From Polymyxa betae A26-41 (taxonomy: Eukaryota > Protista > Endomyxa: Phytomyxea): a stretch of DNA of 64,000 bases. Positions 11,601-23,393 of this stretch are shown here, piece by piece (position 1 is the first letter of the stretch; each line of letters opens with the position of its first letter). The stretch lies in NCBI GenBank assembly GCA_003693705.1, contig RBZT01000266.1:9701-73700 (forward strand), in the 5' to 3' direction. The notes below the pieces were generated by a model that had not been told where the DNA came from, made no database searches, and was given only the letters and a program-made list of their open reading frames with translations. A program made the position numbers and the translations under genes.

Positions 11601-13864
11601 CAACTACCGACAGCAGGCTTGAATCGAATCCATCCCAGAATAACCGAGAGGGCAATACGAATTTCGTAGCAAAATCGTACGTTTCGAACTAAAGCGCATG
11701 AAATCGCAAATTTGAGAAGTCGGCAATGGCCATACCCGATCTAGTTCGATATCGTAAATTAGCAGACGGCTATCAATGGTTGTATTCTCTGAAGGTTGGT
11801 GCAGGTGGCAAAGAAGGGCAACATGAGTGCACGAGCGATTCATTCGGCAGTCGAACGCAGCGCCGAAATCCGACGGGAGACGACGGCCTGGGACTATAGC
11901 TCGTGCTTCCCGACGGCCTACTTCCCAGATTTTCATCGTTCCCTGATCGGAAACGGCAACCAGATTGTCACCAGACACATCCAGAAGGGTTGGTTTGCCT
12001 GCACACGTTTTCAAGAAATTTAAACTGGTTATCGCACGAAGTACCTTCGTCCTCAGAGAACGAGAATGCTTTCTTCACTATACCCTGGAAGTTGCAAAAA
12101 TCGATCCTGGAATCGACTGATGTAAACAAGGTTTGGCCTTGAATGCAGCAGCAGCTTGTCGTGCAATTAAACGACGACAGGAACTTGATCGAGTCGTCGT
12201 CTGCTATTTCAAAGATTTCGATTTTCTTCTCATTCCACACCACGATCGTTTTTTCACCAACACACAGCCCTATCATTAAAATGCCTTTTCAGAATGACAA
12301 CTCATCTGATGCGATGCTGACGCCATGCCTTTAATTCGAACGTTGGCAGTAACTTTTCGTGCCTTGCCACTTGGTGTATAAACAATGATCTTATCGGCTG
12401 CGACCTGGCAGGCCGTGATATTGAACGCTCTTGCATTATGAAGGACAGTGGCAGTCATGATACTGAATCCACCCTTTGACGCGACTGCAATCATTTCACC
12501 CATTCCAGATAATCTCAGAAAGGATAGTTCGGCTTCCCAGCTGGTATTAACGGGCGCCAAGCACTAAACGGGTTCTTCAGCAATTACAATCAAGGAAGCG
12601 TGGTCATGATACCAGCCATTGTTCTTCGGATAAACATGATCCTTCCAGGTTTCGTTGCGATTTCTTTCTACGCCACATTACAATACGTCCAAGCATCGTC
12701 CCAGCAACCAGCGTGTGCGTTTTGTTATTGAATGTGACATTACAAATGACATCGTTCCCTTTCGCCATATGTCGAGGATCTACAGTTCCCGCATTAATCA
12801 GCAATTTTGACGAATTGATTTGATAGAACCTACCTGATAGCGGAAGAGACAAACTTTCGTCGTTGTCCACAGACCATATTCGCACACAAGGCTCTTTATT
12901 GGCAGCCATCAAGAGATTGTTCCCATCCCATGCGTAGACAAGATCTGATCCTTCACCCTTAATCGACAATTTCACCTTTTTGTTCAGGGTCGGTTTATGT
13001 TCATGGTTAATCTAGATTGCAGTTAAGACTTTCAGCGAGCATATTATTAATGAGCAGGCATTACACCAAATACAAACATGACAGCTTGGATCGAGACAAC
13101 GACAGCGATCTTATCACGATTTCCGTAAAAAATGTCGCGAACAGAGCTGCCGATGGATCCAATCTTCGTAATATTGGATGCCGTCTCGTCCGCAGCATAT
13201 ATGGTACCGTTCTCTGCACCGGTTATGAACTGAGAAGAAGTCATAATAATTGCTCGATTCGGGGTGCTGTCGATTGAATATGTCTGCAACGGGACAAATT
13301 GCCCAGATCGATTGTCGTATAACGAGATTAAGCCTTTCTGTGGGGCCGTTATTATAAGGCTAACGATTCGATTCCACTAATGTTTGACCTTATCAGACAG
13401 CAGAATTTTGTCACCTGATGGCGACCACACAATGGATGCTAAAGGTGATGCATTTTCAGGCAAAATCGGGCTCAAACGAGAATTGGAATCGGTCCAGAAA
13501 CTAACTGTGCCTGTCTTAATATTAATTAATGATCCAGGACTGATATATGCATATCATAACCTGAATTCCATCCGATCGCTAATATCTTACTATTTGGATG
13601 CCATTCGATAATTACAGCTTCGTGGTCTTGCTCGTTTACGATCGGTTGATCCTTACTGACAATGCCCTATTTATTGGTTGCCAATCTGCTGGCTGTTAAA
13701 AAGCTTCTGGACCATACCTCGGCGTCAACGATTGTCAGCTCTCCGCTCGATCGGATAACAGCCAGCAGTGGCCGAGAGTGATTATCCAGGCTCCATTTTG
13801 CTTCATGAAATTGCTGCGAAGGATCACAAAGGGCGTCGACTTTCGACTCCAGATAAAAGGACAT
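8613..13864 (-). CDS. IFT140: Intraflagellar transport protein 140 (IFT-A), many exons
   Basis: N-terminal MSFYLE WD40 region and TPR C-half. AMKCLLKSNDTSKIIYYA..KKREIYMLAANHLQ, FYDSCAQKEIDDYRDYDK and IWKSMAKMCVITRRLDMA match IFT140 hallmarks. Confidence 0.93.
12270..12328 (-). other. Probable GC-AG intron in IFT140
   Basis: Only AAAG|gcatgg...tgatag|GGCTG gives an in-frame join (RIKG-LCVGEK) with normal intron length (59 nt). Confidence 0.55.
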
Positions 13865-14162
13865 TGCAGTGTGCTAGGTGTACAGCTGGCTCGTTTCGCG
13901 GTCTTGCACTGTCAGTCAGTGTGGCCGGGCGTAGGTTGATGTCGGATGAATCTCCATTCCAGCCATCAGCAAAGGGCCTCGCTGATACAGAATCTGCCAT
14001 ATCAATTCGCAGACTGAATTCGAAAGGGATATTCTCATCACCCATTCTGACTCTCCTGTAACGTTACAATCATGAGTATCACTTCTAACAGCCATCATGA
14101 CAAAGGGGAACCACGACATTGAAAGACTTAAATAGTTTAGGTAAATAGATATAATAACAGGA

Positions 14163-14792
14163 TTATGAATCAAGCGGCAGGCCATCTGGTGACATCAGCT
14201 TGTTTGAAGTCATCTTGTACGATACACTGGCCTTGGCCAGAATATCCATTTCGCGATCGATCATGCTCTTGCTGATGAGATTCGTTGATCGCTCCTTGAG
14301 TTTGATCGGGGCCGCCTTCTCAAGCATAATCACTGTAATGACCGTGGCGCCCTCTGACGGATCATGCTTCAGAGTGTGTTTCCGTGCGTTGTATGCTCTG
14401 CAGAACAACTGGTTGCAGACTGAACAGGCGAACGGTTTCTCTCCTGTATGGCATCTTTCATGACGATGCAAAGAACCGGCTTCGGCGAACGCCCTCGAGC
14501 ATGTCTCGCATACATAGGGTCGCTCGCCGGTGTGAATCCGTAGATGCCGTTTCAAATCCGATCCCTTGCGAAACGTCTTATCGCAAACATCACAATTAAA
14601 TGGACGTTCTTCTTTGTGCACATTCGCGTGATGTTTCGGAAGCTGCCCGCTCGAGACGTACTTGTCTGTCAATGGCCGGCAAGCTAGCGACTGATTCGAA
14701 TTCTGTTGCTGTGTTGCGGCGTCGCCGCCCGTTGACGACGCTAATGTCAGCAATGCGGATGATGCCATGCATTCGATCGGAGACAACGACAT
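14163..14792 (-). CDS. C2H2 zinc-finger protein, intronless paralog (3 intact fingers and 1 degenerate)
   Basis: CDVC..FRKGSDLKRH, CETC..FAEAGSLHRH, CSVC..FCRAYNARKH with HTGERP/HTGEKP linkers; first in-frame ATG at 14792. Confidence 0.88.
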   Translation of the reverse strand: MSLSPIECMASSALLTLASSTGGDAATQQQNSNQSLACRPLTDKYVSSGQLPKHHANVHKEERPFNCDVCDKTFRKGSDLKRHLRIHTGERPYVCETCSRAFAEAGSLHRHERCHTGEKPFACSVCNQLFCRAYNARKHTLKHDPSEGATVITVIMLEKAAPIKLKERSTNLISKSMIDREMDILAKASVSYKMTSNKLMSPDGLPLDS

Positions 14793-15206
14793 AGGCGGAT
14801 CCACCGGCGAAGTCGTTCGTTGCCTTTCCGATGTCAAACGAAGTCAAGTACAACACAGTGACACCGCCTGTTGGCACCAGCAGGATGGAGCAGACGATGA
14901 TAATTCGCTGCCCGCTGTGACTGGGCCTGGAAGTGCAGCCGCACGGAAGTCGCAGGGTAGTTCGACTTCGACAAAACTGCATGACTTCGGCGGCTTGCAT
15001 TTGACTGCACAGCCAACTTCAGATGAAAACGGACAACTGCCAAAGCTAAATCTGTTCTGCAATGCGATTCTACCTGCCATATGCTTGAAGTTGGTCGAAC
15101 AGAACAGTTTATTGGCAGTTGAGAGCGAATCGAACGGAGGATCGCGAACGTTAATGGCTCAACATCAATGTATATATAATGATTCCTTGACTAGATAAAA
15201 ATAATT

Positions 15207-15692
15207 CTATTCAAATTTTTCCAGTTCACCCATCCTTCCCAAAATTGTGTTCTTGTTGGTTTCTTGCAGTTCGCCGGCTAAGACGAATTCGTCGATGATC
15301 GCATAGACTTTGTAGAAATTAAAAACCAGATCGAGCTCGCAAACGTTGCCGAAATATTTGTCGAGTAATTCGACAAAGAAATGGATGGCCTCAAGGTAAG
15401 CAAACTGATTGTCGCTGATATCAATACAGAACGTGAAATACAGACCAGCATAGCGCCTGTAAACCAGCCGGAATGTACGGTACTGCACACCAAACATATT
15501 AGTTGCAAAGTGATGCAAGAGACAACGATCTCAGCGAACCTCGATGAAATTGGTAAATTTACTATCACGATTGACGACGAGCTGATGAATTTCACGCTCG
15601 ATGCTGCGCTTCTCTGGATTCTCATACGGTGAATACCATTTCGACAGGCGCGTCTTGCCCTGTCGGTTTTGCAGCAGAACGAACTGAATCAT
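15207..15692 (-). CDS. AP2S1: AP-2 complex sigma subunit (2 exons)
   Basis: [20 protein letters not shown]...[10 protein letters not shown]...[14 protein letters not shown]. Confidence 0.92.
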
Positions 15693-15790
15693 TGGGCGTC
15701 ACGACCCAGCCTAGCCGGCGCTTGCTTTGGCCAAATGAAGATGAGATCTGACCTCGTCTGTCTGTGTCGTCTATTGTTAAGGGAAGGGGA

Positions 15791-15799
15791 GCGGCCTCC
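15791..15799 (-). promoter_or_regulatory. GGAGGCCGC motif about 100 bp upstream of the AP2S1 start
   Basis: One of five exact copies found, all upstream of ATGs. Confidence 0.55.
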
Positions 15800-16419
15800 T
15801 CCCTTCATGAACTGTCACATGGATTTTCGGGAAGCTAAAAATCATAGCTAGAGGTAGAGCTATAGGCACTATGAATGTCGGCATCAGTCAGAGCCTATCT
15901 CGCGGTTGGGTTCTCCAGCCTGAGTTCTCGAGATCCAGCAGCAGTATCTCAACTGCTACTTGAGATTGAGATAGCGCTTTTTGGAGAAAGTTAATGAATA
16001 TCTTCTTGCCTTGATTGGCATTGGCTAGCTTCCCTTAACATCCGAATTTTTATGCAGACTCTTCGTTTCCATGACACAGCGCCTTTGGACAACATTGGAG
16101 GAGTTTTGCCAAGATCCCAGCCCATCTCACTCAGGCCGCCAGAAATTCGCCTGCTGCGATAACGTTCTGCTCCTGCGTGAAGCAAATTCTGTGAACATTA
16201 CTATATGAACAGGTCGCTAATACACGAATCTCTAACTCGGTTGCAAGATGCGTTTCCGAAATGCGATCTGTATCTCTACCTGAATCGCTGACAACAACCG
16301 AAACGTTCAACTCTATCTTTGGGCACGCAGTACATAGTATCTCTATCTCTAGCTTTGATTCAGCGTGCCGAAAATCCACTATTGACATTCCTGCTTTTAT
16401 TCTCAACAAAGGATGCTGA

Positions 16420-17950
16420 TCATATTGGTATTGGGTTGCGGTGCTGGCCGACAACGTAGAGTAAGATGGCGGCATAATGCCCAGCTGAGCCCAGCAGAAC
16501 CCAGCAATGCCAGATAATGTGAAATAAGGGCTTACTGCCGCCTCGAATGAGGGCTAGAACCCCAATGGTGTAGGCTATGCCGCCTTGAAGCAGTAAAATA
16601 AGAGCTGGTTCTGGAATCAGCTTCGATTGGACAATCGGAACACCAGCAATGATCTGAACCAATTGGTAGTCAACGAATACTGTCGTCTGGAAATTCGATA
16701 TTTGACACTTACACACATCCACCCCATTGTAAGATACATTGTTGTTGAAATCTGTTATCAATTAAATCTAAACGCATTCAATCACTGCGCTATTGCATAC
16801 CACAGTAAAAAGCTTGTGCGTTTTCATGCAGGTTGTGACGTACAAACCGGCAAACGCTAACCCCCATATTACCACGAGCATCGGCAGGGCAATCACTGGA
16901 TGCTTTTCCAGCGAAATTGTGAGAAACGGTGTGTATGTGCCTGCGATTAGAAGAAACACGCTTCCATGATCGAGATATTTGAAGAATCTCTTCGCAGCTC
17001 GCAATTTGAACAGGCTGTGATACAACGTCGAGCTAAGATAGGTCAAGCAGAGCGACATTGCATACGGCAGAGCGCCGAAAAACACTCTCCAGCTATCGGC
17101 CTCGAGAGCTCGCTGCAACAAAACATAGGATGCTAATAATGCGGCAAGCAATCCGATTCCATGAGTAATCGAATTGACAACCTCATGGATATAAAGATTG
17201 CTCTCTAAATCGACTATGACGATGTTAGGGAAACCCCCAAGCAATGGACCTTTTCATAGCACCTTCTATACTTGTGTTGCTCGCTTGTAGAGCGGTGATG
17301 ATGGATTCACCCAGCTGATTCGATGAAATGTCGAGAAATTTCAGAGGGGAGTTGTTCTCGACGACCGCTGGATGAAGCGGTTATCAATATAGACTGTTTT
17401 GACTAAGAGAATTTACCTAACAGAGGTGATTGTAAGGATGAACCCAATGAGCAAAGTCGCAGATTGACGATTTGAACATAGACTTTATCTGGCTGGCTTA
17501 GATACTGTAACAGAGGCAAAGCGCCTTCCGGCCCGATTTTCGATCCCTGCAACAATTCATTCCAATGCGTATCTATGGACAGAAAACCGCTATACCTCCA
17601 GATTCAGAAGCACCAGATTCGGCAAGAACGGCAAACAGCTGACAAGAAGTTGAATGCCGGAGGCACTGAGTTTCGATCGTCGCAGATAGATTTCTTCGAC
17701 ATGTTGCATATGCACTAGAACCGTATGCAAAGGCAGCATGTCGGCCGTCTGGGCGATCTTCTCGAACATCAGCGTCTTGCTATTCAGCTTGATGGCCGCA
17801 CAGATCCCTGATCACGACCCATCACAAGGTGGTTGGGGCGCCATACGAATCCGGGGTCGTACCGGCATCGACAGGAACCTGGAACCGTTGGCATTCCTTG
17901 ATGTAAAGGTCGAGAACCCGATCCGACTCGCTGCTGCTGCTGCTACACAT
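16420..17950 (-). CDS. N-terminal RNI-like LRR fused to a hemolysin III/PAQR membrane domain
   Basis: The spliced N-part reads MCSSSSESDRVLDLYIKECQRFQVP...VEEIYLRRSKL..LVLLNLEGSKIGPEG..LKFLDISSNQLG. The C-part has EVVNSITHG, SSTLYHS, LDHGSVFLLIAGTYTP, a YLTMGW mini-exon and HIIWH. Confidence 0.75.
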
Positions 17951-18074
17951 GACGCATGCCAATCTGGATTCAGGCTCACATCAATCGGCCGGTCCGGAAA
18001 AATCTCTGCCCTATTATTACTACCGAGTATGGAATCTTCAAAATCCAACATGATTTTGTTTAGTTTTTTTGACT

Positions 18075-19082
18075 CTATGGGTAGAGAGGGTACCTGTCGA
18101 GGACCTCGTTTATGAATTCTATGGATCGCTCTAGAACCACCTGCTGGTCATCGGGCACGCTGTGAACCATTCGCGTTCTAGCCTGGATAATCGGCTTGAG
18201 AAGGATGCAGATTGGAACAACCCAAGCTTGCAATAGCTCGTCGGAAGTTTCGATCGCCGATGATAGGCAGAAACAGACCGTGTTGATGAATGCGAGAACC
18301 TCTTTCATGCGATTTGTCGAAGTCCAACATCCAAGGCTGATCAGAGCACCGATTACGGGAAGGACGAAATTCGGCGAGCACTGCGAAGCTATTCTTTCCA
18401 ACGCTTCCATCAGATCAAATTGACGATCGACGAGCATTTCACTAAACTTGTCTGGTAAGAGCCTCTGCAGACGCAGGCTTTGGGCGAGCACAGAACAAGC
18501 CAGAACCGGCATACGTTCCGAGTCGTATTCAGAGCAACCAATGGCGTCGAACAACGCCCCAATCACATCTCTCCTCGACATGATCACTTCTGCGACCTCC
18601 GGGCCGTCTGCCGAGGCGATCAGTAAGCGAAGTAAGCAATGCAGACATGCATTGACAATATCGTCATGAGATTCATGCATGTGATAGGAGAGAGCCTCGC
18701 AAAGCAGATCGGCCAATGAAACAGCGCCTTCGGAGGCGTCTTGCAGGCAGGTGGACTGCCAGAGAAGGGCGGCCAACAGATCGACAGATTCCCTGGCGAT
18801 CGACCTAGACTTCGAGCTGGCAGCGATCCAGGCCAGACGGAGCAAGAACGAAGGCGTCAGCAGAGGCGCTGGGATCGGCGTCGTCACCGATGACGCCACG
18901 AGGCGCAGCGTCGTCTCGACTAGATCGCTGTTCATTGATTCTACCAGGTGATAGATCCGATCGATGGAGATGGGGCCAGCACAGCATGCCTCCAGGTCGC
19001 ATAATGCCTCGTATTTCTCTTCATCAGTGTTGTCGCCATCAATGATCTGCAGCGCCCTGTTCCTGCCATCACCGCCAGGCAT
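18075..19082 (-). CDS. Leu-rich helical (ARM/HEAT-like) hypothetical protein
   Basis: Open frame of about 335 aa with amphipathic helical pattern; 3' end uncertain (possible intron near 18092). Confidence 0.55.
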   Translation of the reverse strand: MPGGDGRNRALQIIDGDNTDEEKYEALCDLEACCAGPISIDRIYHLVESMNSDLVETTLRLVASSVTTPIPAPLLTPSFLLRLAWIAASSKSRSIARESVDLLAALLWQSTCLQDASEGAVSLADLLCEALSYHMHESHDDIVNACLHCLLRLLIASADGPEVAEVIMSRRDVIGALFDAIGCSEYDSERMPVLACSVLAQSLRLQRLLPDKFSEMLVDRQFDLMEALERIASQCSPNFVLPVIGALISLGCWTSTNRMKEVLAFINTVCFCLSSAIETSDELLQAWVVPICILLKPIIQARTRMVHSVPDDQQVVLERSIEFINEVLDRYPLYP

Positions 19083-19442
19083 CAATCGGAGCGCCACGCA
19101 TTCAAATGTTTCAAACCCAAATCAGGGTGCAAAAGCAGCAAGCAGCGAAAAAATTGCTTCTGATCGAACTGAAGTAATAGCAAAGCTGCAGAAGGATGAA
19201 ATTCTAGAAAACCAAATATGACCCAGTTCATGGATGTGTCTAAAAGACATCCAGATAAAAAAACCGCAGAAAAAATTGCTCTGGAATCGTATCCTCAACC
19301 GCTAGATGAAAACGCGTTCTACTGCTGAATCTTGCATGACTATACAGCAATGCATGATGCCCGTTATCGTATTGAAATAAAGATTAAAATATTTGTCTCG
19401 AAACGAGCGCCAACACTATTCCAGGTCGTCACCCTCTAATTA

Positions 19443-20311
<869 letters not shown>

Positions 20312-20336
20312 TGAGGTCGAACGACACTAGTAACTG

Positions 20337-20366
20337 GGAGGCCGCGCATATTTCGGAGGCCGCGCA
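20337..20366 (+). promoter_or_regulatory. Tandem GGAGGCCGCGCA x2, 26 and 44 bp upstream of the zinc-finger gene ATG
   Basis: Exact 12-bp direct repeat at 20337-20348 and 20355-20366. Confidence 0.65.
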
Positions 20367-20964
20367 ATGCTCAACCTCCCTCGGTCGGTGAAACGTTGCG
20401 CTCCGACGGGTGACCACTGCTCGGGGAAGTTAGATGGGTGGCTGCGCCAGCGCGCCTCCTAAACTTATCGCCCACCAATCGATTTCGTGGTTAAAAGCGA
20501 CGGGCTTTGTAGGCGATGTTATCGGAGTTGCCGTGTGGCATATCCCGTCATCTTATAGAGGTCACCGGCCCTAAGTCCTTCATCGTCAAATGATTGTGAC
20601 GCTGCTGTCCATTGATTGAGGGTTCAATGCGTGCTGTCATCTTGTCGTCTTTCTCAGATACTTGAGGAATCATATCAATAAATCATTCAATTCTATGCCA
20701 GTCATGTGGGTTGGGAGAGACGGCACATTTGTCTGTGCCTGAACAGTTTCTTCTCGTTGCGCTCGACATTGCTGAGCTGGGACCCTCATAATGTTCATGT
20801 TAATTTTCAAATACAAGCGACGTGATGAGGAGGAGGACCCTTAAACATCTTGTAACATTACTGACCTCATCCCGTGACCTGGATGTGGGTTGCGCTATTT
20901 CAGTCATCATCTGTGTTGAGGGAGTCGCTCATCTGATCATCTCTTCTCCTGTCGTTTCAGCGTA

Positions 20965-22461
20965 ATGTCTGATGGTGAGGACACACGTGTAAGAGCATTC
21001 TCCATCGGGCTCGATGTTCTTGTTGTTTTAAGCCTGATTGTTATCAGGTGCGAGCCAGCAAGGCTCGAAAAGCCGAGAGGTTGCAACAAAATTCTGATCG
21101 AAGAAAGCGATTAGGTTTACAAAACACGCAAAGGTGCTGGCCTGTCCCAGGGTTGCCAGCGCTGCCGATTGTAATTATTGACAGCGTTATAGTGACCAGG
21201 AACGAATCCGTACGAGGCAAGAATTTCGAAGTCTGTAAACATCCAGCGATGGTCTTCATATTGGCTCTCTAAATACAGGGATAGAGCTTATTGATAAAAC
21301 GAAAAAGTCTAAAGGCGCTGTGACTGCTGGCAACCAACAGCTGCTTAAAGAACTCCATGAAGAGCATTCCGTGCTTCATGAAAATGGTTCGAATTTCTCC
21401 TCGTCCTAGTCATGTTCCTGATATATTCTTCTAGTTTTATTTCCGTCCGAAGCCAATCTTGATGTCGAAGAGCTGTCGCTTTTGGCAACCATCACTGCAG
21501 AGAAGACGAAGAGAATGGCCGAAACTTTTACTGCTGTCTCAGCCGAGGCAGGTTTTTTTTATCTGAAAGCACCCAAAGTCTATACTTAAATACGGAAAGG
21601 ATTACGTAACCAAGATCAAATCACTATTTTCGTCAAATACACGCATGGATGACGATGATGATGATGGTAAGTTATGCCAATTCGCAAGATTCCCATACAT
21701 GTCTCTGATAGTTTTCGTTTTAGATGGGACAGGCACTACAAACATCATCTGGAACGCTTTGGGAATGCATCCATTAAACCGATTTCTCACGGTGCACACT
21801 GTCGATTTCATTCCAAACGTCATGGAACTCGAAATCGTCGCTGCCCAGAAGAAGCAGGCGACCAGAAGAAATCGTGAAGTAGACACTCAGGTACAAATCG
21901 TATGGGTCGCCTTGTTTTAGTTTCAGATGAATTTGGCGTTAGGCTGAACAAGTGAAAGCTCTCGCTAATACAGAATCACTTGTAAAAACGCAGACTGAGA
22001 GTCGGGTTCAGCTGCTGCTCCGAATTTTGGCGAGTTTCGACAACCATCCCGATTATCCTATGGGCATTCCCCTGATGCTGCTCATTGTCAATCCCGCAGA
22101 TTTCACTCAAACAGTCGAGAATATGTTTGATTTGAGCTTCCTTGTAAGCGTAACATTTTCCGTTACTTCGTGATCGTTGAATATAGATGCTTAGATTGGC
22201 AATGGTAATGCTTCGTTCGTACATGACTCTGAAGCTGGGGAAGTCTATGTATCTACGGCTGAAGCACCCGAAGAGCGTAGCAAGGGGAATAACAAACCAC
22301 CGATTCAGTCGATCATCACTATGACTTATGATCTTTGGGAGGTACGCTTACAAAGTGGTGACCATCTTACAGTTCTAATCTCGACGGTGTAGACAAGTAA
22401 AAACGCCTATGGCATTGCCGAATCTGTTATCCCTCACCGTAAGCCTATGTTGCTCGTGTAG
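20965..22461 (+). CDS. NSE4: Nse4/EID-family kleisin of the Smc5/6 complex
   Basis: LLIVNPADFTQTVENMFDLSFLV is the Nse4_C signature; multi-exon gene. Confidence 0.8.
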
Positions 22462-23393
22462 TTTAGGGACTAAAAACCCATTGTTTCATTTGAAAAAAGT
22501 CATGATTGTATCACATAAAACGGATTCATCACCAAAAACTGCATTTTTTGCAGGGATTCTAAACGAGGCTTGCATATTTACGATCCTTTTTTTAGGCGAG
22601 ACATGAACCCTTCCATACCCAATTTTAAAATTGCTGAATCATTATCTGCAGCCTTTCTGTGCTGAAATGGAGATCGAATGGCCCTCCTGTCTTATAAATA
22701 CCGTTTCCTGTGGGAAGTATTCTGTCTTGTTGAGCTTTCTTTTGTCGGGTTGTATTTTGCAGATCATCCTGTTTTTCTTGGACTTGGTTCGTCTTCGCAA
22801 ACACTCTCTGGGTGCTGCAGCACATTTCTATGTTCGGTCACTTCTATCATTTTAAGAATACGTTTGGCATAGTCCTTGTATACGGTGTTTTATCGCTCAT
22901 CTTACAGAGCATTGCGAACTTCGATTTCAGCAATATATCAGATCATGGCCGGGTTGTATAATCCAGGATGCAATGTTGCAATCTCTTTATTCAAAATGAA
23001 ATACGCTCTCCCCATCAAATTCATTTCGAGTGGATCATATCCGAGAATCCCAAATGTCACACAAATATTCGAGCATTTTCGCAACACAGAAATTTAAGCA
23101 GTCTGGCAGAACGCTGAGGCTGGCGTAGTGGTGGAATCTCGCACTCGGTATCAACAAGAACTCGATAACTTGAACACAAATCGCTTTCAGGAAAGCCAAG
23201 CGGTTCCGGTCCAGTTATCTAAAAATCTGCAGTGTAAATGAAAATCAAGCTTATACAAAATGGTCCGATAAATGTATTTCGAAGCAACAATACCATTTCT
23301 CCAACATGAACAGTCATAGAATGTTCATTATGATATTTTACAGGCGCACGCCATCCTTTTGATCATAACAGCAGTTACGCGAAAATCTGAATT

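Noticed and set aside
15850-16400. Short ORFs and an ATCTCAA-N7-TTGAGAT hairpin (15946-15966) similar to one in the LSM4 intron
   Set aside because: 7-bp stems arise by chance, and no gene model is supportable.
16646-16800. Apparent long intron in the PAQR gene
   Set aside because: It contains a 39-nt exon (ISTTMYLTMGWMC) flanked by two normal introns.
22470-23390. ~900-bp gap with a protein-like minus-strand frame interrupted by several stops (possible pseudogene)
   Set aside because: No family recognised; needs tBLASTx to support.
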